Source: Spirochaetales bacterium UBA6872 (GTDB lineage Bacteria > Spirochaetota > Spirochaetia > Sphaerochaetales > Sphaerochaetaceae). Taken from it: a stretch of DNA of 64,000 nucleotides. A program made the position numbers and the translations under genes. Below, piece after piece: positions 49,138 to 59,040 of the stretch; positions within the stretch are counted from its first letter, which is position 1; every line of letters starts with the position of its first letter. The DNA lies in NCBI GenBank assembly GCA_002452215.1, contig DKCO01000043.1, positions 3,406-67,405 of the forward strand, given 5' to 3'. The notes under the pieces were generated by a model that saw nothing but the letters and a program-made list of their open reading frames with translations, had not been told where the DNA came from and did no database searches.

Positions 49138-50312
49138 AATCCATTATTATGGGTAAGTGGAATTTGCTTAACTTTTGGGCCAAAGAGAAAAAAAAGAAAG
49201 AAGTAAGATATATTCTCTCTCTAGACGGAGGAGGAATGCGCGGGATAATTCCATCTTACATACTTTCAAGAATAGAGGATGATTTAAAGCGCACTTTCAA
49301 TGACAAACGACCGTTATATTCTCATTTCGACTTAATTGCTGGCACAAGCACAGGAGCCTTGATAGCAATTGCAATGACAGCTCCAGTTACAGGTTATTAC
49401 TTTGAAGAGAAAAATGGCCACTACCCTGTCTATGACAAAATAACAAGAGGAAAACTAATCAAGAAAGAGAGCGTTGTCTTCAGAGGCGAAATCGAAGAAC
49501 TTGCAAGTGCAAAGGAGATCCTTGATCTATATCTTGAGCATGGCAGCGAGATCTTCAAATCACCAAAAGGGCTGAAAAATCTCTTCGGACCAATATTCAA
49601 TGATCGCTATGATGGAAATGCATTCGACTCATTTCTCTTGAAGATTCTTTCACAAACAAAGCTATCTGAATGCAAAGTGCCTACGATAGCTGTCTCATTT
49701 GACACAAATACCTCCTCTCCTTACATATTCTCTTCAGAGGATAGCCATGGCATTCTTGCTTGGGAAGCGGCAAGAGCCTCGTCTGCGGCTCCAACATATT
49801 TTCCACCAGTCGTATTGGTCGACAGGGAAAATGGCAACAACTTGAATTTAATCGATGGTGGAGTTGCCGCGAACAATCCATCGCTTCTTGCTTACAAAGA
49901 GGCACGAAAACTATATCCAGATGCAGATGAATTCAGGATTTTATCGTTATCAACATGTGCTCCAAAACACTCGATTGATGTCGAAAATGCATCATCGGGT
50001 GCCGTCGGATGGGCAAACCCTTTGTTCAAAGCATACTCAGAAGCACAGCTTGCTGTTGCTGATATCGTCGCTCAATCGATAAAAGATGTCTTCTATACAA
50101 GAATATGGGCGCCTGTTCTTGGAAAGAAGATCAAGCTCGATGATTACTCCCAAGGCTCTATCGATACTTTGATGGACGTTGCGGAGAAAACCTATACAGA
50201 ATGCAAAAAAGAGATTGATGCATTTGTAAAAGAAATCGCCATGGAAGAAACGCATGAGTGCGTAAAGCTAGTCAACAAGCCAGAACTAATAGAGGATCGA
50301 AGAGACCTTTGA
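49125..50312 (+). CDS. Patatin-like phospholipase
   Basis: Motifs LSLDGGGMRG, AGTSTGALIA (GxSxG) and IDGGVAANNP (the DGG catalytic Asp) are present. The start may be M9 at 49149. Confidence 0.8.
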   Translation: MNISKSIIMGKWNLLNFWAKEKKKKEVRYILSLDGGGMRGIIPSYILSRIEDDLKRTFNDKRPLYSHFDLIAGTSTGALIAIAMTAPVTGYYFEEKNGHYPVYDKITRGKLIKKESVVFRGEIEELASAKEILDLYLEHGSEIFKSPKGLKNLFGPIFNDRYDGNAFDSFLLKILSQTKLSECKVPTIAVSFDTNTSSPYIFSSEDSHGILAWEAARASSAAPTYFPPVVLVDRENGNNLNLIDGGVAANNPSLLAYKEARKLYPDADEFRILSLSTCAPKHSIDVENASSGAVGWANPLFKAYSEAQLAVADIVAQSIKDVFYTRIWAPVLGKKIKLDDYSQGSIDTLMDVAEKTYTECKKEIDAFVKEIAMEETHECVKLVNKPELIEDRRDL

Positions 50313-50858
50313 TATAAGCATCTCCCGACCGTCTCTCAGATTGAATTGTATCTTTCCAATCTGCGTTTTCTCTCCTACTTTATCTGTTATAAGCTTCACA
50401 GCATAAAAAGGCACTCCTTGTTTTTTGCATGCAAGAGCAACTGAATATGCCTCCATGTCACAAGCATCAGCTTTAAGCACCTCTTGCCAAGGCATTATAA
50501 CATTTGAAAATGTGCCTGAAGTTGCAAGCGTATATCTTGATTGCATATCATTTGTCTCTATTGCACCAAAAGTTGTGCGGTTGCTGTCCAATGTAGAGCC
50601 TAGTGCTATATGGAAGGCTGTAAGATTCTGGTCCGGAGTCACGACAGTTGAAAAAGAGTATGCTTTTCCAACCTCAAGCTCGTCTGATATTGAACCAGCA
50701 CTACCTATCGAGAAAACAACATCAGGCTTGCTTTCTACGATGGCAATCGATGACGATATTGCAGCCATTATCGGCCCGACACCACAAACAATTTTCATAT
50801 ATGACTGGTCAAAACCTTTAAGTTCAGCTTTATCAGATGCAACAAGCAAGACTTTCAA
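50286..50858 (-). CDS. PNP/UDP-family nucleosidase (MTA/SAH nucleosidase-like)
   Basis: 190 aa with SIGSAGSI and CDMEAYSVA motifs reminiscent of Pfs/futalosine hydrolase. Confidence 0.5.
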   Translation of the reverse strand: MKVLLVASDKAELKGFDQSYMKIVCGVGPIMAAISSSIAIVESKPDVVFSIGSAGSISDELEVGKAYSFSTVVTPDQNLTAFHIALGSTLDSNRTTFGAIETNDMQSRYTLATSGTFSNVIMPWQEVLKADACDMEAYSVALACKKQGVPFYAVKLITDKVGEKTQIGKIQFNLRDGREMLISKVSSILY

Positions 50859-51703
50859 AGCATTCTCCTTTTTATTTCCTTGAAGACGGGTGCAAGATCC
50901 ACTCCTCTTCTTCTCTCTCTTCCTTCTTTAAGTGCATATGACACGCTCTCCGATGCTATCTCAGTCGCAATATGGCTTGATGAAAAGAAAGAGTGCCCTC
51001 CAAGATATAGAGAGAACAAAATCGAAGCAAACAAATCCCCGGCCCCTGGATACGAAATGCCAAGGTCGTCGAAATGGAAAATACGCATTCCCTCTTCGCT
51101 ATATGCAATATTCGCATAAGATCCAAGCTTAAGAGGAACACTGGTTATGACACCTTTTCCAGGGCCAAGTGCTTTTACCTTAGATAATAAGACATCTATA
51201 TCTCCCATCGATAGCTCATTTTTGTATTCAGAAGACGTTAACATAATTGCTTCTGTATAGTTAGGAGTAATTATATCTGCTCGTTTTACAAGCTTTTTCA
51301 TGTTATCGATATGCTCTTTGCTCATCGTTTTATAAAGCATACCATTATCGCCCAGAACAGGGTCGACGAGATTCAAAGCTGAAAAGCTATTCATTACACT
51401 CTCTACGATCTCCATTTGCTTAACAGAGCCAAGAAAGCCAGAATATATCCCGTCATAGACAATTCCCAGTGAGCGATGTTTTTCGAAAATCGCTTCCATG
51501 GAATCGGTCTCATCTTGAAAGTAAATCGAGTCATATCCATCTGTCTGAGTCGAAATCAATGCTGTAGGAAGCACAGCGCACTCTACATTCAAAGCCTCTA
51601 GAACAGGCAGAACAACTGTCAATGACGATTTTGCAAAACATGAAAGATCATGAATAGCCAATGCAACTTTACCCATAGCAAAGAGAATACTTGAAAAGCA
51701 CAT
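50855..51703 (-). CDS. Pyridoxal/pyridoxamine kinase (PfkB ribokinase superfamily)
   Basis: KVALAIHDLSCFAKSSLTVVLPVLEAL...DPVLGDNG...PGAGDLFAS. The start is probably M10 at 51676. Confidence 0.65.
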   Translation of the reverse strand: MCFSSILFAMGKVALAIHDLSCFAKSSLTVVLPVLEALNVECAVLPTALISTQTDGYDSIYFQDETDSMEAIFEKHRSLGIVYDGIYSGFLGSVKQMEIVESVMNSFSALNLVDPVLGDNGMLYKTMSKEHIDNMKKLVKRADIITPNYTEAIMLTSSEYKNELSMGDIDVLLSKVKALGPGKGVITSVPLKLGSYANIAYSEEGMRIFHFDDLGISYPGAGDLFASILFSLYLGGHSFFSSSHIATEIASESVSYALKEGRERRRGVDLAPVFKEIKRRML

Positions 51704-51915
51704 TCTCTTCTAGAGATATTATGTCAATCAAATTGTACAAAATGATATCTCCAACTAAAGAAAAAGCTGATATCTGATTTGAAAGAATGTGCGGAAATTT
51801 TCAACAGCTACAAAGTAGCCCTACTGAAAACAAAACAACTGTTCTCGTTTTCAAAAACAATCCATGTAGTGATTGATGCTTTTCACTCTCCAAATCATGC
51901 CACTTTATAGTAATT

Positions 51916-52794
51916 CTATTTTTTCGAATAGCAAGAGATAAAATCCTTTAGTGCAACCACTTCAGGAATCCTATTTTTCTCAACAAAAGACAATGATGGC
52001 CCTTTGTATATTGGAAAATCCATGGAAAGATTTCGTCCAGAAACAAATATATAAATCTTACCTTGGTGTAATCTTATAAATAAATGCAAGTCTTTTCCTA
52101 AAATCGAATCAACAATTGATCTTGCCTGTCTCAAGAAGTATTTCAAATCATCAAGAGATATATTTTTGCAATAAACATTGTATTCATCCCACCATCCACT
52201 TACATTTTGCGATTTGCACTCCATATTCTGCTTAATATAAAAAAGATCCTCGATGCTCTTGTGCAAAGAATTCTTTCTCTCTATTGCTATTTCAGCATCA
52301 GCTGGAAGAGCATCGAAATCAGAAGAGAGCCAAAGACCTTTAAGCAATGCAACTTTATGCTTATCGACACCTCGAGCAAGCGGATAGTATGCAATAATGT
52401 TGCTGACAAGAATATCGATACCATCTTTTTCAAGATAAAGCGTTGGGCCTGAAACAACCTCATTGCCTTCTTCCTCTTTAGTTGGCAACATTCCAGACTC
52501 CCTTATATCGGACCTTTCAACTCCCCCCTTGTCTTTGTAAACACACTTATCAAAGAGATTACCAGTACCAACTATGAGATTCATCTTGACAACCGTCTTG
52601 CTATAAGCCTTATCAACTCTTAACACGACAATCCAATAAAACAACAAAGCCACAATTATAGATGGAAAAGCCATTGTTCTATATTTGAAAAAGAATGCTA
52701 TAGCCAATACAAGAAGCATTATCTCAACAATATAAACTCCGAGAGCGAGAATCCTGACACTTTCTATCTTTCTATGAGCAACTTTGGTATTCAT
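51916..52794 (-). CDS. Hypothetical membrane protein (two N-terminal TM helices)
   Basis: 292-aa ORF with hydrophobic helices at residues about 15-60. I recognised no family. Confidence 0.4.
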   Translation of the reverse strand: MNTKVAHRKIESVRILALGVYIVEIMLLVLAIAFFFKYRTMAFPSIIVALLFYWIVVLRVDKAYSKTVVKMNLIVGTGNLFDKCVYKDKGGVERSDIRESGMLPTKEEEGNEVVSGPTLYLEKDGIDILVSNIIAYYPLARGVDKHKVALLKGLWLSSDFDALPADAEIAIERKNSLHKSIEDLFYIKQNMECKSQNVSGWWDEYNVYCKNISLDDLKYFLRQARSIVDSILGKDLHLFIRLHQGKIYIFVSGRNLSMDFPIYKGPSLSFVEKNRIPEVVALKDFISCYSKK

Positions 52795-52803
52795 TCATAT
52801 CCT

Positions 52804-53625
52804 CTATTTGAAATATGTTTTCATAAAAGCCAAAGCCTTTGGTGCTTGCGTCTCAAAATCCGGATCCAAACCTGCCTCTAAGCTAACCGTGCCATTATAA
52901 CCGCTTTTTTTCAAAGCCTCGATAAATGGCATATATTCGAATTCGTTTATATCCTCTGGATAAATCCTCCCCTTTGAAGAAGAAAGATTTGGGTTAGCAA
53001 AATGTACATGCCTAAGATATTCTTTATATTCTACAAGAACAGATGGACTCTCTTTTTCCCATGTCATATGGTAGAAATCAACAAGGACCTTCACATTTGG
53101 CAAATCAACGTTTTTTGCAAGCTCAACACCCTCTTTGAATGTATTGATTATATTGCATTCTGGCTTTCTAATAGGTTCAATGACTACTGTTATTCCATAT
53201 TTCTTTGCAATAGATGCAACCATCTTTGTTTCTTCAATAACTTGCAAATAGGCTTTATCAATAGGAAAACCATCAGGGACATTCTTGGCCCCACCAGAAC
53301 CAAATACAACAGTGCCGACGTTCAAACGATGAGCACGATCCAATGCCTTTTCTAAATACTCTTCGACAATTGATAAATCCACATTATCGCCAGTTAATCT
53401 AATCGATGATGGAAAAAGATTATTGCAAACTTCGCACTTAATTCCGCTTCTTTCAATTCTTTTTTCAATAATATCAAAATCCGTGGCCGAAAGAGCTGTC
53501 ATTTCAGCAATAGGAAGCTCGATATAATCAAATCCAAACCTTGCCGCATCTTCAATTATCTCTATTCCAATTCCATCTGGGTGCGTCGATGCCAGATTTC
53601 CACAACAACCAAACCTCATTATCAT
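52804..53625 (-). CDS. Sugar phosphate isomerase/epimerase (xylose-isomerase-like TIM barrel)
   Basis: 273 aa with the AP_endonuc_2-type pattern (FDYIELP, VVFGSGG, VVIEPI, VDFYHM). Confidence 0.7.
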   Translation of the reverse strand: MIMRFGCCGNLASTHPDGIGIEIIEDAARFGFDYIELPIAEMTALSATDFDIIEKRIERSGIKCEVCNNLFPSSIRLTGDNVDLSIVEEYLEKALDRAHRLNVGTVVFGSGGAKNVPDGFPIDKAYLQVIEETKMVASIAKKYGITVVIEPIRKPECNIINTFKEGVELAKNVDLPNVKVLVDFYHMTWEKESPSVLVEYKEYLRHVHFANPNLSSSKGRIYPEDINEFEYMPFIEALKKSGYNGTVSLEAGLDPDFETQAPKALAFMKTYFK

Positions 53626-53679
53626 TCCTCCATTAAAATTCTCACCACAAAGAAGGAATCCTTGCGGTGAGACAGAAAT

Positions 53680-55077
53680 TTAGAATATTAGATTCAATAT
53701 GCTGAGCAAACCAAATCCTACCCAAGACCAAATAAACTGAATTCCTTCATATCCCAAGACCTGCACATCGAGTTTGTCAAACTTGAATGTTCTTGTAAGA
53801 ACCCAGAAGAAACTGTCATTATGAAGAGAGAACATTTGAGATCCAATACAAGCCGCATATGCTGCAAACATATAATTGACACCAGTCATCTGAAGAAGAA
53901 TCGGTGCACATATTGTTGCTGTCGTTGTCATTGCAACGGTTCCAGACCCAAGAACAAGCTTCAATATACCAGCCATCAAGAAAGGAAGAAGAAGCACTGG
54001 AAGATTTGTAGATGCAAGCCCGCCAGCTATGACATTGCCTATTCCACTGGATTTGATAATGTTACCAAAAGCACCACCAGCACCTGTAATAAGAATTACC
54101 GTACCACAGCTTTGAACACCACGCTCAAGACACTCCAGAACTTCTTTCCTTGACTTGTTTCGGGCAAGGCCATAGATTGCAATTAAAAGCGCAATAGATA
54201 TAGCAATTACAGGGCTTCCAATGAATTCGATTATTTGTGTTGCAAGATTCGAAGTGTCAGGGAAAAGCATACTTGTAACAGTATCAGCGAGAATCAAGAT
54301 AACTGGAACCAAAATAGGTGCAAACGATAGCCATGCAGACGGGTATGTCTCATTTGGATCCAATTGTGGAATATTTGCAACATTCGACTCTTTTGCATAT
54401 TGTTTTGCAAGAGCTGGTTCGACATCAATAATTTCTCCAGATTCGTCAACAATCTTGTACCACTTATTGCCAGCAATACGGGCAAGAATTGTGATAAGAA
54501 CCATCAAAGGAATGCCCATTGCAATACCAAACAGTATATATGTACCAAGATTAATAGCATCTCCAAATTGTGCTATAACAGCAAGAGGACCCGGCGTGGG
54601 CGGTACACTTGTATGAGTTATATTCAAGCAACATGCTGTAGCAAGCGCTAGAGCTGTAAGAGACTTCTTCTTGACTTGAGAAATAGACTTGACAAGTGGC
54701 GCAATAATAATCAAAGCTGAGTCAGCAAAAATTGGGATGGAAACAAGAAAACCCGTAATTCCAAGAGCAATATCCTCATTCTTTCCACCTAATGCTTTAA
54801 TAAATGTATGTGCCATTTTCTTGGCAGCATTGGACTCCTCCATTATCTGGCCCATCATACAGCCGAAAGCTATTACAAGACCAATACTGGAAAGAGTGTT
54901 TCCAAAGCCTGATGTGATAAGCCCTGGAATAGAATTCAATTTTACACCAGAGATGATACCAACTACACATGCACCAGTGACAAGTGCAAGTGCTGGATGA
55001 AACTTAGTCTTCATTATAAGGAAGATAAGAACAGCCATTCCGACAGCAAGAGCAATTAGCGATTGCGCCACATTCAT
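53680..55077 (-). CDS. GntP-family sugar-acid permease
   Basis: 465 aa polytopic protein with a typical GntP N-terminus and length. Confidence 0.8.
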   Translation of the reverse strand: MNVAQSLIALAVGMAVLIFLIMKTKFHPALALVTGACVVGIISGVKLNSIPGLITSGFGNTLSSIGLVIAFGCMMGQIMEESNAAKKMAHTFIKALGGKNEDIALGITGFLVSIPIFADSALIIIAPLVKSISQVKKKSLTALALATACCLNITHTSVPPTPGPLAVIAQFGDAINLGTYILFGIAMGIPLMVLITILARIAGNKWYKIVDESGEIIDVEPALAKQYAKESNVANIPQLDPNETYPSAWLSFAPILVPVILILADTVTSMLFPDTSNLATQIIEFIGSPVIAISIALLIAIYGLARNKSRKEVLECLERGVQSCGTVILITGAGGAFGNIIKSSGIGNVIAGGLASTNLPVLLLPFLMAGILKLVLGSGTVAMTTTATICAPILLQMTGVNYMFAAYAACIGSQMFSLHNDSFFWVLTRTFKFDKLDVQVLGYEGIQFIWSWVGFGLLSILNLIF

Positions 55078-55144
55078 TTTTTACTTCTCCTATTTTTTTA
55101 TTTCTCTATCCAGAATCGAACAGAGTAAAATTGCAATAAATCGA

Positions 55145-56017
55145 TTAAAGACAACCATTTTGCTCTAATGCTGTCTTCTGTGTTATATAGGCATTTTCAA
55201 TCACCCAATGAGGTGTTTTTTGCCAATATTCAGGGCGGAAAGTCTCAACTGATACCATTGAATCATATCCAATATCCTTTAATGTCCTTAAGAATAAATC
55301 GGTATCGACGACACCTCTTCCACAAAAACATCTCTTGTCTTGCCCCATTTCAGATTGATCTACATCGTCAGCACTCATCATATGGATTGCAAAGATTTTT
55401 TCCTTTTGGACACTTTTAAGCTTTTCAAAGTCGTTTTTACCGCCATTCAAATAAATGTTATAGGAATCAAAGACAAAGCCAACATTGCTTCTATCTACAG
55501 CACGAACTATTTTGTCTGCATCCTCAATACTTCTAACACTTGAACGCTCGAAGCCAACAAGCTCAAAGCAAAGATTCATGTCATATTTGTATGCAATATC
55601 AGAAAGCGATTTTAAAATCCTTACACATGAATTGAACGTTTGTTCCCAACTTCCTCTATATGGGCCACCTTTCGGGTCTCTTTGTAATGGTGGAACTATG
55701 ATGAAATAATGACTTCCTATTGCCTTTCCTACCATGCACCCAATGAGAAACTCATTCATTAACGCTCTTTGTTTCTCTTCATCATCATCCTCGGAAAGAA
55801 ACTCAGGATATAGATATAGCGCATTAAGTGCATGAGGTTTTATTCTATTTGTCTTGAAGAAGGAAGCCAATTCATCAACAGAATGCTTTTCAAGGTACTT
55901 TACAAGCATATCCAAGCGAATTTCTATGTAATCAAATCCAACCTTTTCGCATAGCTCAAGATCTTGCTCGAGAGTAGAGCAATCTCGTGCGCATGCTTCA
56001 TTATATGAAATCTTCAT
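55145..56017 (-). CDS. Sugar phosphate isomerase/epimerase (xylose-isomerase-like TIM barrel), second paralogue
   Basis: 290 aa with FDYIEIRLD and LCFELVGF motifs. Confidence 0.65.
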   Translation of the reverse strand: MKISYNEACARDCSTLEQDLELCEKVGFDYIEIRLDMLVKYLEKHSVDELASFFKTNRIKPHALNALYLYPEFLSEDDDEEKQRALMNEFLIGCMVGKAIGSHYFIIVPPLQRDPKGGPYRGSWEQTFNSCVRILKSLSDIAYKYDMNLCFELVGFERSSVRSIEDADKIVRAVDRSNVGFVFDSYNIYLNGGKNDFEKLKSVQKEKIFAIHMMSADDVDQSEMGQDKRCFCGRGVVDTDLFLRTLKDIGYDSMVSVETFRPEYWQKTPHWVIENAYITQKTALEQNGCL

Positions 56018-56027
56018 TCAACACCCT

Positions 56028-57113
56028 TTATTTAAGTGGAAACTTCACGACAGTACCTGTTGATGTTGCACGATAGATTGCTTCAATGAGTTCAACAGTT
56101 CTTCTCCCTTCTCTTCCATCGACCAATGGCTTTGTTCCATTTTGAACAGCATCAATAAAATCCTTGATTTGCATATTGTGGTAGTAGTACATAGAGTCAA
56201 CACTGTTGAAGAAATCACTATCGTCCTTCTTCCAGACATCAAGCATTTCCTCTTCACCTCTGATTGTCCACAAATCATTGACTGGAGGCTCTGTAATTGT
56301 AGACATACCAGCTACAAACATTGCACCACCATCCGTCTGAACACCAATTGATGCTCCATTGTCGCCAAAAATATGGACTTTTCCATAAAGAGCTGGATTC
56401 TGGCTATTGCTAACAACAACACTTGCAAGTGCACCACTTTTGAACTGGATTGTGGCAACAGCTGTATCCTCAACCTCAATATAAGGATGGTTCAGATTCT
56501 TCCAAACGCCATATACGCTATCAACTTCGCCCATGTACCAAAGAAGAAGGTCAAGCTGATGCGGAGCCTGATTGACCAAAACTCCACCACCTTCGCCCTT
56601 CCAAGTTCCTCTCCATGGATCGGAGTCATAATATGCTTTATCTCTCCAACCAAGCATAGTAACCATGCCAAGTATAGGCTTTCCGATTTTACCGTCATCG
56701 ATTGCTTTTTGCATTCGCATGCATGGGCGATAAAACCTTCTTTGCACCATAGTCCCAATCTGAACATGGTTTCTATCTCCTGCCTCGATTATTGCGTCAG
56801 CATCTTTAAGGTTCGATGCAAGAGGCTTCTCTACAAGTACATTGCAACCACATTCGGCAGCTGTTATTGCTGGATTTCTATGAATAGGATGTGGCGTACA
56901 TATGCTTACAACATCTAAGTTCTCTTTTTTGCACATCTGCTCGACATCTGAATATGCATTTACTGAATATCTTTCAGCAAAAGCCCTTGCTCTATCGATG
57001 TTTGAGTCACAAACAGCCGTAAAGTTGCTATTTTCCAGAGACGAATAAGCCTTTGCATGGAAATCGCCAACCTTTCCGCATCCTATGATTCCAGTCTTTA
57101 ACTTTCTATCCAT
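56028..57113 (-). CDS. Gfo/Idh/MocA-family NAD(P)-dependent oxidoreductase
   Basis: Rossmann N-terminus KTGIIGCGKVG, plus an EKPLA motif. Confidence 0.8.
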   Translation of the reverse strand: MDRKLKTGIIGCGKVGDFHAKAYSSLENSNFTAVCDSNIDRARAFAERYSVNAYSDVEQMCKKENLDVVSICTPHPIHRNPAITAAECGCNVLVEKPLASNLKDADAIIEAGDRNHVQIGTMVQRRFYRPCMRMQKAIDDGKIGKPILGMVTMLGWRDKAYYDSDPWRGTWKGEGGGVLVNQAPHQLDLLLWYMGEVDSVYGVWKNLNHPYIEVEDTAVATIQFKSGALASVVVSNSQNPALYGKVHIFGDNGASIGVQTDGGAMFVAGMSTITEPPVNDLWTIRGEEEMLDVWKKDDSDFFNSVDSMYYYHNMQIKDFIDAVQNGTKPLVDGREGRRTVELIEAIYRATSTGTVVKFPLK

Positions 57114-57125
57114 GTAATCCCTCCA

Positions 57126-58844
57126 TTATTCCATATATCCGCCCTTCATCGGGCTTACAGCATGTTCTGAGTAGAACTTAAGAACACCACTCTTGTATCT
57201 GGATTTTTTAGGTTTCCAGCTTTTTTTTCTATTCTCAAGAATCTTCTCCATATCTTCTTCGGAAAGCTTTTCCCCTTTTACTCCGACTATTGAAAGTTTT
57301 CGCTCTGGGATATTGATTTCAATTAAATCTCCTTCTTCTACAAGTGCAATCGGCCCACCTGATGCAGCCTCTGGAGACACATGTCCTATAGCTGGACCTT
57401 TCGAGGCTCCGGAGAAACGACCATCTGTGATAAGAGCTATTGATTTCCCAAGCTCTGGATCAGATGAAATTGCTTCTGTTGTATAGAACATTTCTGGCAT
57501 TCCAGACCCTTTGGGACCTTCGTATCGAATAAAGACAGCATCTCCAGGGTTGATCTTATGATGCAATATAGCCTCTATCGCATCCTCTTCGCAATCAAAC
57601 GGACGTGCATTCAAAAGTGCACAAAACATCTCTTTAGGAACAGCAGAGTGTTTAACAACAGCTCCCTCTGGAGCCAGATTGCCTTTCAATATAGCAATTG
57701 TTCCATCTTTTCCGATTGGATCCGAGTAAGATCGAATAATATCTCTCTTTTTAAGACCTGTAGTCTTCAAGTATTCATCACATTTTTCGTAGTAGCCACT
57801 CTTTTTTATATCCTCAAGATTTTCACCAAGTGTCTTACCTGTAACAGTCATACAATCAAGGTGCAAAAAGTGCTTAACTTCCTCCATGATTGCAGGTACC
57901 CCACCGGCATAATAAACATATTCAGATGGCCACCTACCAGCAGGTCTAACATCCAAGATATAATGTGCATCTTTATGTATGCGCTCAAATGTCTCGGCAT
58001 CGATTTCTATACCAAACTCGTGAGCTATTGCTGGCAAATGCAACAAAGCATTTGTAGAACCTGAAATGGCTGCATGTATTATGATTGCATTTTCAAAACT
58101 GTTTTTCGTCACGATATCTCTTGCCATAAGACCGCTTTGTGCAAGTTTTACAGCCTGAAGACCGGACTTGTATGCAAATGTTTTCAAATCTTCACTTGTT
58201 GCAGGAAGAAGCGCTGAGCCAGGAAGAGTAAGGCCAAGCGCCTCGCTCATAACTTGCATCGTGCCAGCTGTTCCCATAAAGCTACATGCACCACAAGAAG
58301 GACATGCATTATGCTTATAGTATGTTAATTGGTCTTTGCTTATCTCGCCTCTTTCATACATCGCACTATAAGCTCCAATTTGCTCAAGAGTAAGAAGATT
58401 TGGTCCAGCCTTCATCACTCCACCTGTGACAATAATGGTAGGAAGATTTGTTCTACCAATTGCCATTAGCATTGCTGGAAGCCCTTTGTCGCAACTTGCA
58501 ATAAACACACCAGAGTCAAACGGTGTTGCATTTTCATGGATTTCAACCAAATCCGCAATAATCTCACGACTTGCAAGAGAGAAGTTTATCCCATCATGTC
58601 CTTGAGCCTGGCCATCACAAATATCAGTGGCGAAATACTTAGCACCTTTTCCTCCTCCATCTGAAATACCTTTTTCAACCATCTCGGCCAGATTTAAAAG
58701 ATGGACAGAGCCCGGATGGCTATCACCATATGTGCTTTCAATCAAGACTTTGGGCTTATCAAGATCGCTTACTTTCCATCCCATTCCAATCCTTAAAGGA
58801 TCCATTTCCGGTGCAAGGCGACGCACCTCTTCACTTCTTAGCAT
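57126..58844 (-). CDS. IlvD/Edd-family sugar-acid dehydratase (paralogue of ilvD)
   Basis: 572 aa with the motifs CDGQAQGH, CDKGLPAM and [13 protein letters not shown]. It sits among sugar-acid genes rather than branched-chain amino acid genes. Confidence 0.8.
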   Translation of the reverse strand: MLRSEEVRRLAPEMDPLRIGMGWKVSDLDKPKVLIESTYGDSHPGSVHLLNLAEMVEKGISDGGGKGAKYFATDICDGQAQGHDGINFSLASREIIADLVEIHENATPFDSGVFIASCDKGLPAMLMAIGRTNLPTIIVTGGVMKAGPNLLTLEQIGAYSAMYERGEISKDQLTYYKHNACPSCGACSFMGTAGTMQVMSEALGLTLPGSALLPATSEDLKTFAYKSGLQAVKLAQSGLMARDIVTKNSFENAIIIHAAISGSTNALLHLPAIAHEFGIEIDAETFERIHKDAHYILDVRPAGRWPSEYVYYAGGVPAIMEEVKHFLHLDCMTVTGKTLGENLEDIKKSGYYEKCDEYLKTTGLKKRDIIRSYSDPIGKDGTIAILKGNLAPEGAVVKHSAVPKEMFCALLNARPFDCEEDAIEAILHHKINPGDAVFIRYEGPKGSGMPEMFYTTEAISSDPELGKSIALITDGRFSGASKGPAIGHVSPEAASGGPIALVEEGDLIEINIPERKLSIVGVKGEKLSEEDMEKILENRKKSWKPKKSRYKSGVLKFYSEHAVSPMKGGYME

Positions 58845-58875
58845 GACTACTCCAAATCTAAAACATCAAATCTAT

Positions 58876-58902
58876 GACATACGTCGTAAGACGTCTGATG
58901 TC
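58876..58902. promoter_or_regulatory. Palindrome GACATACGTC-GTAA-GACGT(ctg)ATGTC, candidate operator for the adjacent GntR/FadR regulator
   Basis: The core ACGTC-GTAA-GACGT has perfect 5-bp arms. The outer GACAT/ATGTC arms pair if a 3-nt bulge is allowed. The site is 32-58 nt upstream of the dehydratase ATG. Confidence 0.3.
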
Positions 58903-59040
58903 TTAAACGATTGTAATAATCCATCATAGAGCTGTCAATACTTTTTAAATTAAGAGAGAATAAATCAAATTGCTTGTAAAATAGCTATATAACAAACCCG
59001 TAATGAATCGCACTATGAATTTGAAGAGAGAAACTATGTA

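Noticed and set aside
49125-50312. Patatin-like phospholipase as a CBASS-type antiphage effector.
   Set aside because: No cyclic-oligonucleotide synthase (CD-NTase), E1/E2/JAB or other CBASS component is adjacent. The neighbours are a radical SAM activase-like gene and nucleoside or vitamin salvage genes.
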